From an uncultured Acidobacteriota bacterium (GTDB taxonomy: Bacteria > Acidobacteriota > Thermoanaerobaculia > Multivoradales > SZUA-115): DNA of 64,000 nucleotides. How positions within the stretch are numbered: position 1 is the first letter of the stretch; each line of letters starts with the position of its first letter. The notes beneath the pieces are model-generated. The model was given only the letters and a program-made list of their open reading frames with translations. It had not been told where the DNA came from and made no database searches. Position numbers and translations under genes: made by a program. Shown here piece by piece: positions 1 to 10,664 of the stretch. The DNA lies in NCBI GenBank assembly GCA_963805975.1, contig CAWDVR010000006.1, positions 192,001-256,000 of the forward strand. The letters are read 5' to 3'.

Positions 1-2600
<2,600 letters not shown>

Positions 2601-2630
2601 CGCTGTGGCTCCTGTTCACTCGGCCTGCCG

Positions 2631-3578
2631 CTACGTCTCCCGGCGCACGCGGAAGGGCGACACCTCTGCCAGCTTCTCGAAGAGCTCGCGCTCCTCGGGC
2701 GAGAGCTCCGGCGGCACCACGATCTTGATCTCGGCCAGCAGATCGCCCTGGCCCTCCGCCATGGGGAAGCCCCTGCCGCGGAGTCGGATCACGCGGCCCG
2801 AGGAAGAGCCGGGAGGGATCTTCACGTTGAGCCGGCCGTTGAGCGTCTCGACCGGCACCTGGCTGCCCAGCGCCGCCTCCCAGGGTGCGACCTCGAGACT
2901 GGTGCGCAGGTCGTAGCCGTCGAGCCGGAACCGCGGGTGGGGCAGCAGCTCGACCCGCAGGTAGAGGTCGCCTCGCGGGCCGTTTCCCCACGCCTGGCCG
3001 CCCTTGCCACGCAGCCGGATGCGGCCTCCCGGCCGGACTCCCGGCGGGATGTTCACGGTGTAGGTCTTGCGCTCTCCCGAACCCGGATCGGAGATCACCA
3101 GCTCCCGCTTGCCGCCGGCGACCGCCTCTTCCAGAGTCAGCGCGATCGTGGCCTCCTGGTCGGCGCCGCCGCCACCGCCACCGAAGGGGCCCGCGGTGGC
3201 CTCCCGAGCTCCGCCCCGGCCTCCGAAGAGCATGTCGAAGAAGGAGCTGAAGCCGCTCGTGCCGCCCCGGAAGCCACCGGCTCCGAAGCCGCGGCCCTCG
3301 CCGAAGTCGAACTGGAAGTCCTCGAAGCCCGAGGGCGTCGGGCCGCCGCGCTGCGCGGCCTTCCAGGCGGAGCCGTAGCGATCGTATTTGGCGCGCTTCT
3401 CGGGGTCTTTCAGCGCCTCGTACGCCTCGCCCACCTCCTTGAACTTGTTCTCGGCCTCCGGGCTGGCGTTGACGTCCGGGTGGTACTTGCGGGCGAGCTT
3501 GCGGTACGCCTTCTGGATATCGTCCTGCGACGTATCGCGGCTCACCCCGAGCGTGGCGTAATAGTCCTTGTAGTCCAA
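2631..3578 (-). CDS. Class B DnaJ / CbpA-like co-chaperone
   Basis: J-domain with HPD (KYHPDVN), G/F-rich linker and DnaJ_C domain, with no zinc finger. Likely TTG start at 3578 after a GGAGGGG RBS. Confidence 0.93.
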   Translation of the reverse strand: MDYKDYYATLGVSRDTSQDDIQKAYRKLARKYHPDVNASPEAENKFKEVGEAYEALKDPEKRAKYDRYGSAWKAAQRGGPTPSGFEDFQFDFGEGRGFGAGGFRGGTSGFSSFFDMLFGGRGGAREATAGPFGGGGGGADQEATIALTLEEAVAGGKRELVISDPGSGERKTYTVNIPPGVRPGGRIRLRGKGGQAWGNGPRGDLYLRVELLPHPRFRLDGYDLRTSLEVAPWEAALGSQVPVETLNGRLNVKIPPGSSSGRVIRLRGRGFPMAEGQGDLLAEIKIVVPPELSPEERELFEKLAEVSPFRVRRET

Positions 3579-3677
3579 ATCGTCCCCTCCAGCCACCCGA
3601 CAGAATCAATCGCCGAGTGAATCCTTAGCGCTCGACGCTCAGGTATTCAAACGCTCGGCAGGAGACAGGCATTCCAA

Positions 3678-3698
3678 CTTGGGTCGCCGACACTCAAG
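3678..3698. promoter_or_regulatory. HAIR-like (HspR) operator upstream of dnaJ-clpB
   Basis: CTTGGGT-N7-ACTCAAG has one mismatch to the HAIR consensus CTTGAGT-N7-ACTCAAG. It lies about 100 bp upstream of the chaperone genes. Confidence 0.75.
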
Positions 3699-3759
3699 AG
3701 CGCCGGCACTCGAGAGCACGGGGATCCTACCGGCATGAGGGCCGGAAGATGAGTTGCCT

Positions 3760-4323
3760 CTACTGCTTGAGGGAAAGGACGGGTGGTGCCGGCGAGGGCT
3801 CAGCCCGCCGCCGGGTGAGATCTGCCCGCAGGGCGAGGACGAGAACCGTGGAGATCGTCGCCACGTGGATGGCGACGTCGGGAGCATGGTGGGCGTCGTG
3901 CCAGCTCCAGCCCAGCCGCAGGGCGGCGACGGCCAGGGTGAGGCGCAGGAGGTTGCCGATGAGGACGGCAGCGACGAGGACGGCCAGTCGCCCGGCGTTG
4001 GAGAGCCACGGCCGCCCGCAGCGCCAGGCGAAGGGAGCGAGCGTCAAGGCGAGGTCGGCGTAGGTGCAGTGGGAGGTGATGGCGAAGGCGAGCCCTGGCG
4101 TGGACAGCAGGAGGAAAGGCTCGCCGCCGATCTCGTACGTGACCACGCTCTCGCCAAAGAGCGCCAGCACGACCTCGAGGGCCTGCTGCAGCGCGAGGCG
4201 CAACGGCAGCCAGTCCCAGGCGTAGTAGCCGGAGATCAGGAGGCCGAACACGCCGAGCCGCACGGCCAACCGGCTCTCGGCCTGGCCGCCGAAAGGCTGG
4301 GGGCCGTGGCCGTGTCGGCTCAT
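3760..4323 (-). CDS. Small exosortase/archaeosortase-family membrane protein
   Basis: Multi-TM protein of 187 aa. Cys (ITSHCT), Arg (IGNLLR) and His (DAHH) occur in the order of the exosortase catalytic triad. ATGA overlap with the upstream gene. Confidence 0.75.
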   Translation of the reverse strand: MSRHGHGPQPFGGQAESRLAVRLGVFGLLISGYYAWDWLPLRLALQQALEVVLALFGESVVTYEIGGEPFLLLSTPGLAFAITSHCTYADLALTLAPFAWRCGRPWLSNAGRLAVLVAAVLIGNLLRLTLAVAALRLGWSWHDAHHAPDVAIHVATISTVLVLALRADLTRRRAEPSPAPPVLSLKQ

Positions 4324-4847
4324 TGCGGCTCGACGCGGAAGGTCACGGCGTTGCCGGGCACGTCCACGCCGCGAAAGCGGTCCCGCGACCGTGGGATCTC
4401 TTCTCCGTCACGCGCCACGTCATGGATCCGTCCCACGAGCTCCGCGCGGTAGGTGCCCGGGGGCCCGAGATCGTAACCTTTCGCCAAGTCCACCTCGGCC
4501 TTCAGCGAGCCGCCGGCCTCGAGGCGGCTGTAGTCCTCCCGCAGCGGGTCGCCTCGCTTGACCATCGGCCCGGTGTAGGGCACCGCCTGGCCGTCGCGCG
4601 TGAGGCGGAAGATGTCGCCCCGGAGCCCTTCGAGAGGGGTGTAGGCCTCGAGGATCCAGAGCGGTTCGGGCGACGTGCTCTCGAGGCTGACGCGAACTAC
4701 CACCGCCGTTCCGGCAGCGTACGAGTCGCGTGCCTCGAGCGCGAATCTCAGCCCGGGTGCTGCGTCTCGCGGGCTCCTTCCGACTTGCCCTCCCGGTGCC
4801 GCGCAGGCCAGCATCGTGAGCAAGGCCAAGGTCCAGATCGGGCTCAT
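4320..4847 (-). CDS. Lipoprotein consisting only of an M35-protease pro-domain homolog
   Basis: MSPIWTLALLTMLAC is a lipobox-like signal with an AAGGAGG RBS. TPLEGLRGDIF...VPYTGPMVKRG...EVDLAKGY matches the N-terminal domain of the adjacent protease. Confidence 0.8.
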   Translation of the reverse strand: MSPIWTLALLTMLACAAPGGQVGRSPRDAAPGLRFALEARDSYAAGTAVVVRVSLESTSPEPLWILEAYTPLEGLRGDIFRLTRDGQAVPYTGPMVKRGDPLREDYSRLEAGGSLKAEVDLAKGYDLGPPGTYRAELVGRIHDVARDGEEIPRSRDRFRGVDVPGNAVTFRVEPQ

Positions 4848-4890
4848 CGTGGCCTCCTTTCCGCAGGGATTATGCACCCGCCCCGGTAAT

Positions 4891-6111
4891 TCAAACGAGG
4901 CGCCTGCGCAGCGCCGCCAGGACCAGGACGGTGAGGATGGTCCCCAGAGTCAGCAGCAGGTGGTGGAGCCCCATGGACTGGGCCGGAGTGTTCTCGGCGA
5001 AATATTCGTGGCTGTCGGCGTTCTGAATCGCCCTGGCGGGATCGCTGATCGCCAGGTTCTTGCACGCGGTGTGGCCGTAGGCGTTGTCGTCGGTGTCGGC
5101 GACGACGGTGAAGTGGCTCACCTCGTGGATGATGGTGCCGCCCCGGGAGTCCGTGCCGGTGAGTGGGGCGTTCCAGAACGCATTGCAGAGGTAGACCTCA
5201 TAGGGCAGGTGCGGAAAGACGTAGGCGAAGGCGCTCGCATAGGCCGGGTCGCAGGCACAATTGAAGGTGACGGTCTCGTTGATCAGGGCGCCGTGGATCT
5301 TGCTGTAGTTGTCCAGCACCTTGTCGTACCGGGCCGCGGTGTAGGTGCCGAACCAGGTCTTGTAGCGGGGAGCGCTCGGCCGGTTCTCCGCCTTGGTGAA
5401 CGCCAAGGCGAGGATGGCGCCGGCGCCCATCTGCGACGCCGCGGTGTGCGCTTCGTCGAGCTGCGACTGCTGCGTGGCGTTGCAGTTTTTGAACGCCGGC
5501 TGTTTGGCGGTCGCGTCCTTCGCCTCCGCGGCGGTCGAGGCCTTGGGCGGGCGCACCGAGGCGACCGGCGGGGCGGGACGGCTCTCTACGAGCTCGACCT
5601 CCACCCGGTTCGAGGTGAGCGCGCGCAGCATCAGACGGCCGAGAGCTCGTTCGGGCCGCGCTTCCCTGGCCTTGACGACGTCGAGCACGCCGGCCTCGAG
5701 CTCCACACCGTAGCGGCCGGCGCTGCTCAGGGCATATGCCTTGGCAAGGTCCACCTCCACCGATACCGAGGCCCCGGGCTCGATGGTCACGTAGTCTTCG
5801 GCCTGCGGCGCTCCACGTTTGACCTCCGGACCGATGTAGGGGACCTCCCGACCATCTTTCGTGACCTCGAAGATGTCTCCTCGGATCCCCTCGAGCGGCG
5901 TGTGCCACTTGAGCACCGTGAGCGGCTCCGAGGTGGTGTTGGTGAGCGTGAAGCGGACTAGCACGGGGTCGGCGGCGCGGGCTTGGGCGCGCACCGGCTC
6001 GAGCCGGCTCCTGAGCCCTTCCGTCTCGGCTGTTTGCGCGGCAAGGCCCAGAGGGAGCAGCAGGGCACCGAGCTGACAGATCAAAAAGCGTCGGATTGCG
6101 CGAGTGAGCAT
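4891..6111 (-). CDS. Secreted M35 (aspzincin, peptidyl-Lys metalloendopeptidase-like) protease with a C-terminal TM plus basic tail
   Basis: ATG at 6111 after AGGAGG, then a signal peptide and pro-domain. Motifs GTIIHEVSHF, TDDNAYG and NADSHEYFAEN. Ends SMGLHHLLLTLGTILTVLVLAALRRRLV. Confidence 0.9.
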   Translation of the reverse strand: MLTRAIRRFLICQLGALLLPLGLAAQTAETEGLRSRLEPVRAQARAADPVLVRFTLTNTTSEPLTVLKWHTPLEGIRGDIFEVTKDGREVPYIGPEVKRGAPQAEDYVTIEPGASVSVEVDLAKAYALSSAGRYGVELEAGVLDVVKAREARPERALGRLMLRALTSNRVEVELVESRPAPPVASVRPPKASTAAEAKDATAKQPAFKNCNATQQSQLDEAHTAASQMGAGAILALAFTKAENRPSAPRYKTWFGTYTAARYDKVLDNYSKIHGALINETVTFNCACDPAYASAFAYVFPHLPYEVYLCNAFWNAPLTGTDSRGGTIIHEVSHFTVVADTDDNAYGHTACKNLAISDPARAIQNADSHEYFAENTPAQSMGLHHLLLTLGTILTVLVLAALRRRLV

Positions 6112-6209
6112 TGCAACACCTCCTGTTAAGGAAAAGTTCTTGGGGTTCGGCGACAGGAGGCCACCGGCCGTTACCGAGCCGTGGAGGGGGCCGTGCCTGG
6201 CGGCGCGGG

Positions 6210-7325
6210 CTAGAAGCCGAAGCGGGCCGGCGAGAACGGGGCGAGGTCGGGCGGCGGTGTGGGGTCGAGGACGGCCCCGGCGATCGCTGCCGCCGTCCAG
6301 GGCGCCAGCAGGATGCCGTTGCGGTAATGGCCCGTGGCGGCGAAGACCGGTAGATCCCCGATCCGGCCGAGGAGCGGCAGGCCGTCGGGCGTCGCGGGCC
6401 GCAGCCCGGCCCAGGTGGAGGCGAGGCGGCGCTCCGCGAGGCCGGGCAGAAGGCGGCGGGCCGCTGTGGCGAGGCCATGGAGCCCGGCGAGCGTCGGCTG
6501 GGCGTCGAAGCCTGCTTCCTCGGAGGTGGCTCCCACCAGAAGACCGGCGCGGCCTCGCCGCACGGTGTAGACCTCGGCGCCGCGCACCGTGCCGCCGAAG
6601 CTCCAGTCGACCCCCTCCAGGAGCAGCATCTGGCCCCGGACGGGTCTCACGGGCAGAGCAGGAAGGCCGGGGACGGCGCCGCTCCAGGCGCCGGCGGCGA
6701 GCACCAGGCCGGCGGCTTCGAGCACGGTACCTCCGCCCTCGACCCGCACGCTGGAGGATCCGGCGCTCACTCGCTCGGCAGAGAAGCCCCGCCGCAAGAC
6801 CACGCCGCGCTTCTCGGCCAGCGCTTCCAAAGCGGCGACGGCCTGGACATTGTCCACTCGGTGCTCGCCGGGGAGGAGCACGGCCCGGACCGCACGCGGC
6901 GAGAGATCCGGCACCCGGCGCGCCACCTCCGCGAGCCCGATCTCCTCGGCCGGCTCTCCCGCGGCGCGGGCCGCCGCCGCCAGCTCCTCGAGCTGCTCCG
7001 CCTCCTGCTCGTCGAGCGCCACCGAGATCGCCCCGGAGCCGTCGTAGCCGACCTCCGAGCCGCTCTCCGCCTCGAGGGCCTGGCGGAACGCCGGCCACAG
7101 GTCGCGGCTCCGGCGGCAGGCGTCGAAATAGGGCCCTCGGTGCGGGGTCTCGGCGAGCGGCGCCAGCATGCCGGCCGCGGCGAGCGAAGCTGGAGGCGCG
7201 GTGGTGCCGGCGCTCAGCACCTCGACTCGGGCCCCGTGGTGGGCCAGCTCGCAGGCCGTGGCGAGCCCGATGATGCCGCCGCCCAGGACGAGGATGTCGG
7301 GGGAAGCTCCCATGGGGCGCGCCAT
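6210..7325 (-). CDS. thiO: Glycine oxidase ThiO (FAD-dependent, DAO family)
   Basis: GGGIIG dinucleotide motif, ASLAAAGMLAP, PVRGQ, WAGLRP and GHYRNGILLAP. Start is at 7325 or 7313. Confidence 0.85.
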   Translation of the reverse strand: MARPMGASPDILVLGGGIIGLATACELAHHGARVEVLSAGTTAPPASLAAAGMLAPLAETPHRGPYFDACRRSRDLWPAFRQALEAESGSEVGYDGSGAISVALDEQEAEQLEELAAAARAAGEPAEEIGLAEVARRVPDLSPRAVRAVLLPGEHRVDNVQAVAALEALAEKRGVVLRRGFSAERVSAGSSSVRVEGGGTVLEAAGLVLAAGAWSGAVPGLPALPVRPVRGQMLLLEGVDWSFGGTVRGAEVYTVRRGRAGLLVGATSEEAGFDAQPTLAGLHGLATAARRLLPGLAERRLASTWAGLRPATPDGLPLLGRIGDLPVFAATGHYRNGILLAPWTAAAIAGAVLDPTPPPDLAPFSPARFGF

Positions 7326-7442
7326 CGAGCGCGGCAGTATAGCCGCCGGGGCGAAGGGCGCCGATCGGATCCACCGGTCTGATCTACCAGTCTGACCCAA
7401 GATCTGCCTGCGGCTAGAATCCGCTCCTTCCCCAGGACCTCC

Positions 7443-8393
7443 TTGACCATCCCCTCGCCGACTGCGCTCTCGGGCGCCCAGCCGAAACCGCGCCCGGGAG
7501 CGGCGCCCGCGGCCGTTACCGCGCTCGCCTCCCGCCGGCTGGTGGTCGTCACCGGCAAGGGCGGCGTGGGCAAGAGCACGGTGGCGACGGCGCTCGCCTG
7601 GGCCCTGGCCCGGGGCGGGCGACGCATCCTCGCCCTCGAGGTCGATCCCCGCGAGAACGTGCACCAGCTCCTCGAGGTCGAGCCCTCCGGTGGCGAGGTG
7701 GTGCCGGCCGGCGGCTCGCTCGCGCTCCGCAACCTGCGGCCCTCGCAGGTGCTCGACGGCATCGTGCGGCGCCAGGTCAAGATCGGCCTGGTGGCGCAGC
7801 GCATTCTGGCGAGCCCGGTCTACCGCCAGTTCTCGGAGGGCATGCCGGGGTTGAGAGAGCTGGCGGTGCTCGACGCCGCGTTCGAGCACACCCAAGGGGA
7901 GGAGGACCGCTTCGATACCGTGGTGCTCGACGCGCCGGCGACCGGCCACGGCCTCACCTTGCTGGGGGCGCCCGCGCTGGTGGCGGAGGCGCTCGGTGTC
8001 GGGCCGGTGGCTGCCGCCGCCGGCCGCCTCGCGGAGCGCGTCGCGGACGCGGGAGACACTGGGATCGTGATCGTCACCGCCGCCGAGTCCATGCCGGTGG
8101 ACGAGGCGCTGGAGCTGCGGGCGAGCCTGCAACAGAAGCTGCACCGCGAGCCGGAGCTGCTGGTGGTCAACGGCCTCTACCCGCCGTTTCCCTCGCGGCT
8201 CGGCGGCGCAGCGGAGAGCGGCGGGCCGCTGGCGCTCTGGCGCGACCGCCGGGCCGTCAACGAGGCCGAGCTGGCGCGGCTGGCCCGCGCTTGGGAGGGG
8301 CCTCGCATCGAGCTGCCGCTCCTCCCGCTGCCCCGCGGCCGGGCGCTGGTGGCCGAGCTGGGAAACAGGCTGATCCAAGGAGCAGGGGAGTGA
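7443..8393 (+). CDS. ArsA/Get3-family ATPase, subunit 1
   Basis: VVTGKGGVGKS deviant Walker A, PGLRE and VLDAPATGH. Confidence 0.88.
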   Translation: MTIPSPTALSGAQPKPRPGAAPAAVTALASRRLVVVTGKGGVGKSTVATALAWALARGGRRILALEVDPRENVHQLLEVEPSGGEVVPAGGSLALRNLRPSQVLDGIVRRQVKIGLVAQRILASPVYRQFSEGMPGLRELAVLDAAFEHTQGEEDRFDTVVLDAPATGHGLTLLGAPALVAEALGVGPVAAAAGRLAERVADAGDTGIVIVTAAESMPVDEALELRASLQQKLHREPELLVVNGLYPPFPSRLGGAAESGGPLALWRDRRAVNEAELARLARAWEGPRIELPLLPLPRGRALVAELGNRLIQGAGE

Positions 8394-9478
8394 CCGCGGC
8401 GCTCGACCACCCGCTGGTCGTCGTGGTCGGCTCCGGCGGCGTGGGCAAGACCACGGTGGCGGCGGCGCTCGGGCTCGAGGCCGCACGGCGAGGGCACCGC
8501 TCCCTGGTCATGACCTTCGACCCTTCCTGGCGTCTCAAGGGGGCGCTCGGCGTGGGCGACGAAGCCGGCGAGAGCGAGGTCGAGGTGCCGCTGCCGGAGG
8601 AGCTCGGGGCCCTGCCCGAGGGCCGGCTCTTTGCGAGCCTGCTCGACGCCCGCCGCACCTTCGACCGCCTGGTCGCCCGCTACGCGCCCGACGAGGTCGC
8701 CCGCGACCGCATTCTCGGCAACCGCTTCTACGATCGCCTGTCGGGCGGGCTCGGCGGCATCCTGGAGTACATGGCGGTCGAACGGTTGTTCGAGGTGGCA
8801 CGCCAAGGGCGGTACACGCGCATCGTGCTCGACACCCCGCCCGCCCGCCAGGCCCTCGACTTCCTGGAAGCGCCCGAGCGCATCGTCTCCTTCCTCGACA
8901 GCGGGGTGCTCAGGGTCGCGCTCAAGGGCTGGTTCGACGACCGCGGGCGGCTGAAGACCGCCACCGGCCTGGGGCCGCTCGGCCGGCGGCTCGAACGCTA
9001 CCTGGACGAGATCGTGGGGCTCGACCTGCTGCGTGAGATGGCGGAGTTCTTCCAGGCCTTCGCCCCCCTCTTCGCCGGCTTCCGGCAGCGCGCCGTGGAG
9101 GTCAAGGCTCTCCTCCGCGCGGTCGAGACACGCTTCGTGCTGGTGGCCGGGCCGGCCGAGGAGAGGTTGCCGGACGCGCTCTTCTTCGCCCGCAAGCTAC
9201 GCGAGGCCGGCTACCGCCTGGGGCCGGTGGTCCTCAACCGGGTGCATCCGCCGGCAGAACCGCAGGCGGCTGCCGGGCTCTCTCCCGACGAGGCGGAGGG
9301 TCTTCGCCTGCTCGCCTGGCTCGGAGAGCGTGACGCCGAGGGCGCGCGCCGGCTCGCGTCTCTCCTGGGGCCGGAGAACCGGCTGGTCGTGCTTCCCCTG
9401 CTCCCGGCCGAGCCCACGGACCTCGAGGGCCTGGCAGCCATCGGCCGGTCGCTCGAGGCGCAGGCCGGCGACGAGTAA
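8390..9478 (+). CDS. ArsA/Get3-family ATPase, subunit 2
   Basis: GTG start overlaps the upstream TGA. Motifs GSGGVGKTT, TFDP, EYMAVERL and VLDTPP. Confidence 0.88.
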   Translation: MTAALDHPLVVVVGSGGVGKTTVAAALGLEAARRGHRSLVMTFDPSWRLKGALGVGDEAGESEVEVPLPEELGALPEGRLFASLLDARRTFDRLVARYAPDEVARDRILGNRFYDRLSGGLGGILEYMAVERLFEVARQGRYTRIVLDTPPARQALDFLEAPERIVSFLDSGVLRVALKGWFDDRGRLKTATGLGPLGRRLERYLDEIVGLDLLREMAEFFQAFAPLFAGFRQRAVEVKALLRAVETRFVLVAGPAEERLPDALFFARKLREAGYRLGPVVLNRVHPPAEPQAAAGLSPDEAEGLRLLAWLGERDAEGARRLASLLGPENRLVVLPLLPAEPTDLEGLAAIGRSLEAQAGDE

Positions 9479-9642
9479 TGCCGCGACGCGGCATAGGGAT
9501 GCTGCGATGCAGAAGACCGTGAACCTATCAACCGGCTCCTGACTCGGGTTCGTCGCCTGTTTTCCTGCACTCCTGGTCCGGGCGGCTCAATGCCGCAGTG
9601 CGGAAAAATCCTCTTGACAGTCTTGCCGCAGTGCGGTAGGGT
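9478..9642 (+). promoter_or_regulatory. phaR promoter with four PhaR-like operator boxes
   Basis: TTGACA (9614-9619)-N17-TAGGGT (9637-9642). TGCYGCRNYGCRG boxes lie at about 9478-9494, 9499-9514, 9590-9605 and 9623-9638. Confidence 0.75.
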
Positions 9643-9702
9643 GCCTCTCGTCGGCGCCGCACTGTTCCGTCGTACCTGCCGACCCAGAGGAGGCGAAGCA
9701 AC

Positions 9703-10191
9703 ATGATCCGGCTCATCAAACGCTACGAAAGCCGCAAGCTCTACGATACCGAGGAAAGCCGCTACGTATCCCTCGACGAGATCGCTGCCTGGATCCGCGA
9801 AGGGCAGGACGTGCGGGTGCTGGACAACGCCACCTCGGCCGATGTCACCGCGCAGACTCTCACCCAGATCATTCTCGACGAAGGTCGCAAGGGTACGACC
9901 GCGCTGCCCAGCGAGCTGCTGCACGACCTCGTGCGCATGGGGGAGCGGGCGGTGTCGAGCGGCGTCGAGCACGTGCAACATGGGGTCGACCGCCTGGTGA
10001 AGGCCTCCTTCGATCGCCTGGGCCCGGTGCGGCGTGCGCGCGAGGAGATGACGCGGCTCAAGGCACGTCTGGAGGATCTGGAAGCCTCGCTCAACCGGCT
10101 GGGAACGGAGCCGGGGGTGGCGGGCAACGGCACTGCGATCGAGCCGCCGGTGGTCAAGCCCGAGCGGGCGCCGCGGCGGCGCAACGCATAG
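9703..10191 (+). CDS. phaR: PHA synthesis regulator PhaR-like protein (PHB_acc_N DNA-binding domain)
   Basis: IKRYESRKLYDTEESRYVSLDEI...DVTAQTLTQII is the signature of the PhaR N-terminal domain. Confidence 0.88.
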   Translation: MIRLIKRYESRKLYDTEESRYVSLDEIAAWIREGQDVRVLDNATSADVTAQTLTQIILDEGRKGTTALPSELLHDLVRMGERAVSSGVEHVQHGVDRLVKASFDRLGPVRRAREEMTRLKARLEDLEASLNRLGTEPGVAGNGTAIEPPVVKPERAPRRRNA

Positions 10192-10270
10192 TCCCCAAAA
10201 CAAACGACCCCGGCGACGGCCAGGTCACCGGGGCTTCCTGCGAACGACTCACCGAAAGGACGGTTGAATC

Positions 10271-10639
10271 ATGACAAAAGATACCGCAAAGAACGTTCAG
10301 GACGAAATCAAGGACTCCGCGCACAAGATCTGGCTCGCCGGTCTGGGCGCTCTCGCCGCGGCCGGCGAGGAGGGCGACAAGCTTTTCCGCCGCCTGGTCG
10401 AGAAGGGCGAGACCGTGGAGAAGAGCGGCAAGCAGCAGGTCGACGTCGCCAAAGAGAAGCTCGGCGCGGTGTGGAGCGAGGTCGAGAGCAAGCTCGACGA
10501 CAGCGTGAGCAACGTGCTGCACCGCATGGGCGTGCCGACGCGCGACGAGATCGGCAAGCTCACCCGCCGGGTCGAGGACCTCGCCGCCAAGGTCGAGAAG
10601 CTGGCGGCGAAGAAGGCCCCCGCGACCCGCAAGGCGTAG
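10271..10639 (+). CDS. Phasin (PhaI/PhaF-like granule-associated protein)
   Basis: SAHKIWLAGLGA...EEGDKLF..LVEKGE and RMGVPTRDEI motifs, with an AAGGA RBS. Confidence 0.9.
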   Translation: MTKDTAKNVQDEIKDSAHKIWLAGLGALAAAGEEGDKLFRRLVEKGETVEKSGKQQVDVAKEKLGAVWSEVESKLDDSVSNVLHRMGVPTRDEIGKLTRRVEDLAAKVEKLAAKKAPATRKA

Positions 10640-10664
10640 TCCCCCGAGCCCCCGCCTGCCGCTC

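Noticed and set aside
3625-3651. Possible CIRCE element (TTAGCGCTC...)
   Set aside because: Only the left half-site resembles TTAGCACTC, and there is no GAGTGCTAA nine bases later.
6112-7374. Long N-terminal extension of the M35 ORF (827 aa), and similar extensions on thiO, guaB, cysQ, vapC and the 39348 and 42776 ORFs
   Set aside because: The extensions are Arg/Pro/Gly-rich off-frame readings that overlap neighbouring genes. RBS and signal-peptide positions give the shorter starts.
7443-9478. Arsenic-resistance operon
   Set aside because: There is no arsB, acr3, arsC, arsD or arsR and no metalloid-binding cysteines. The context is PHA metabolism.
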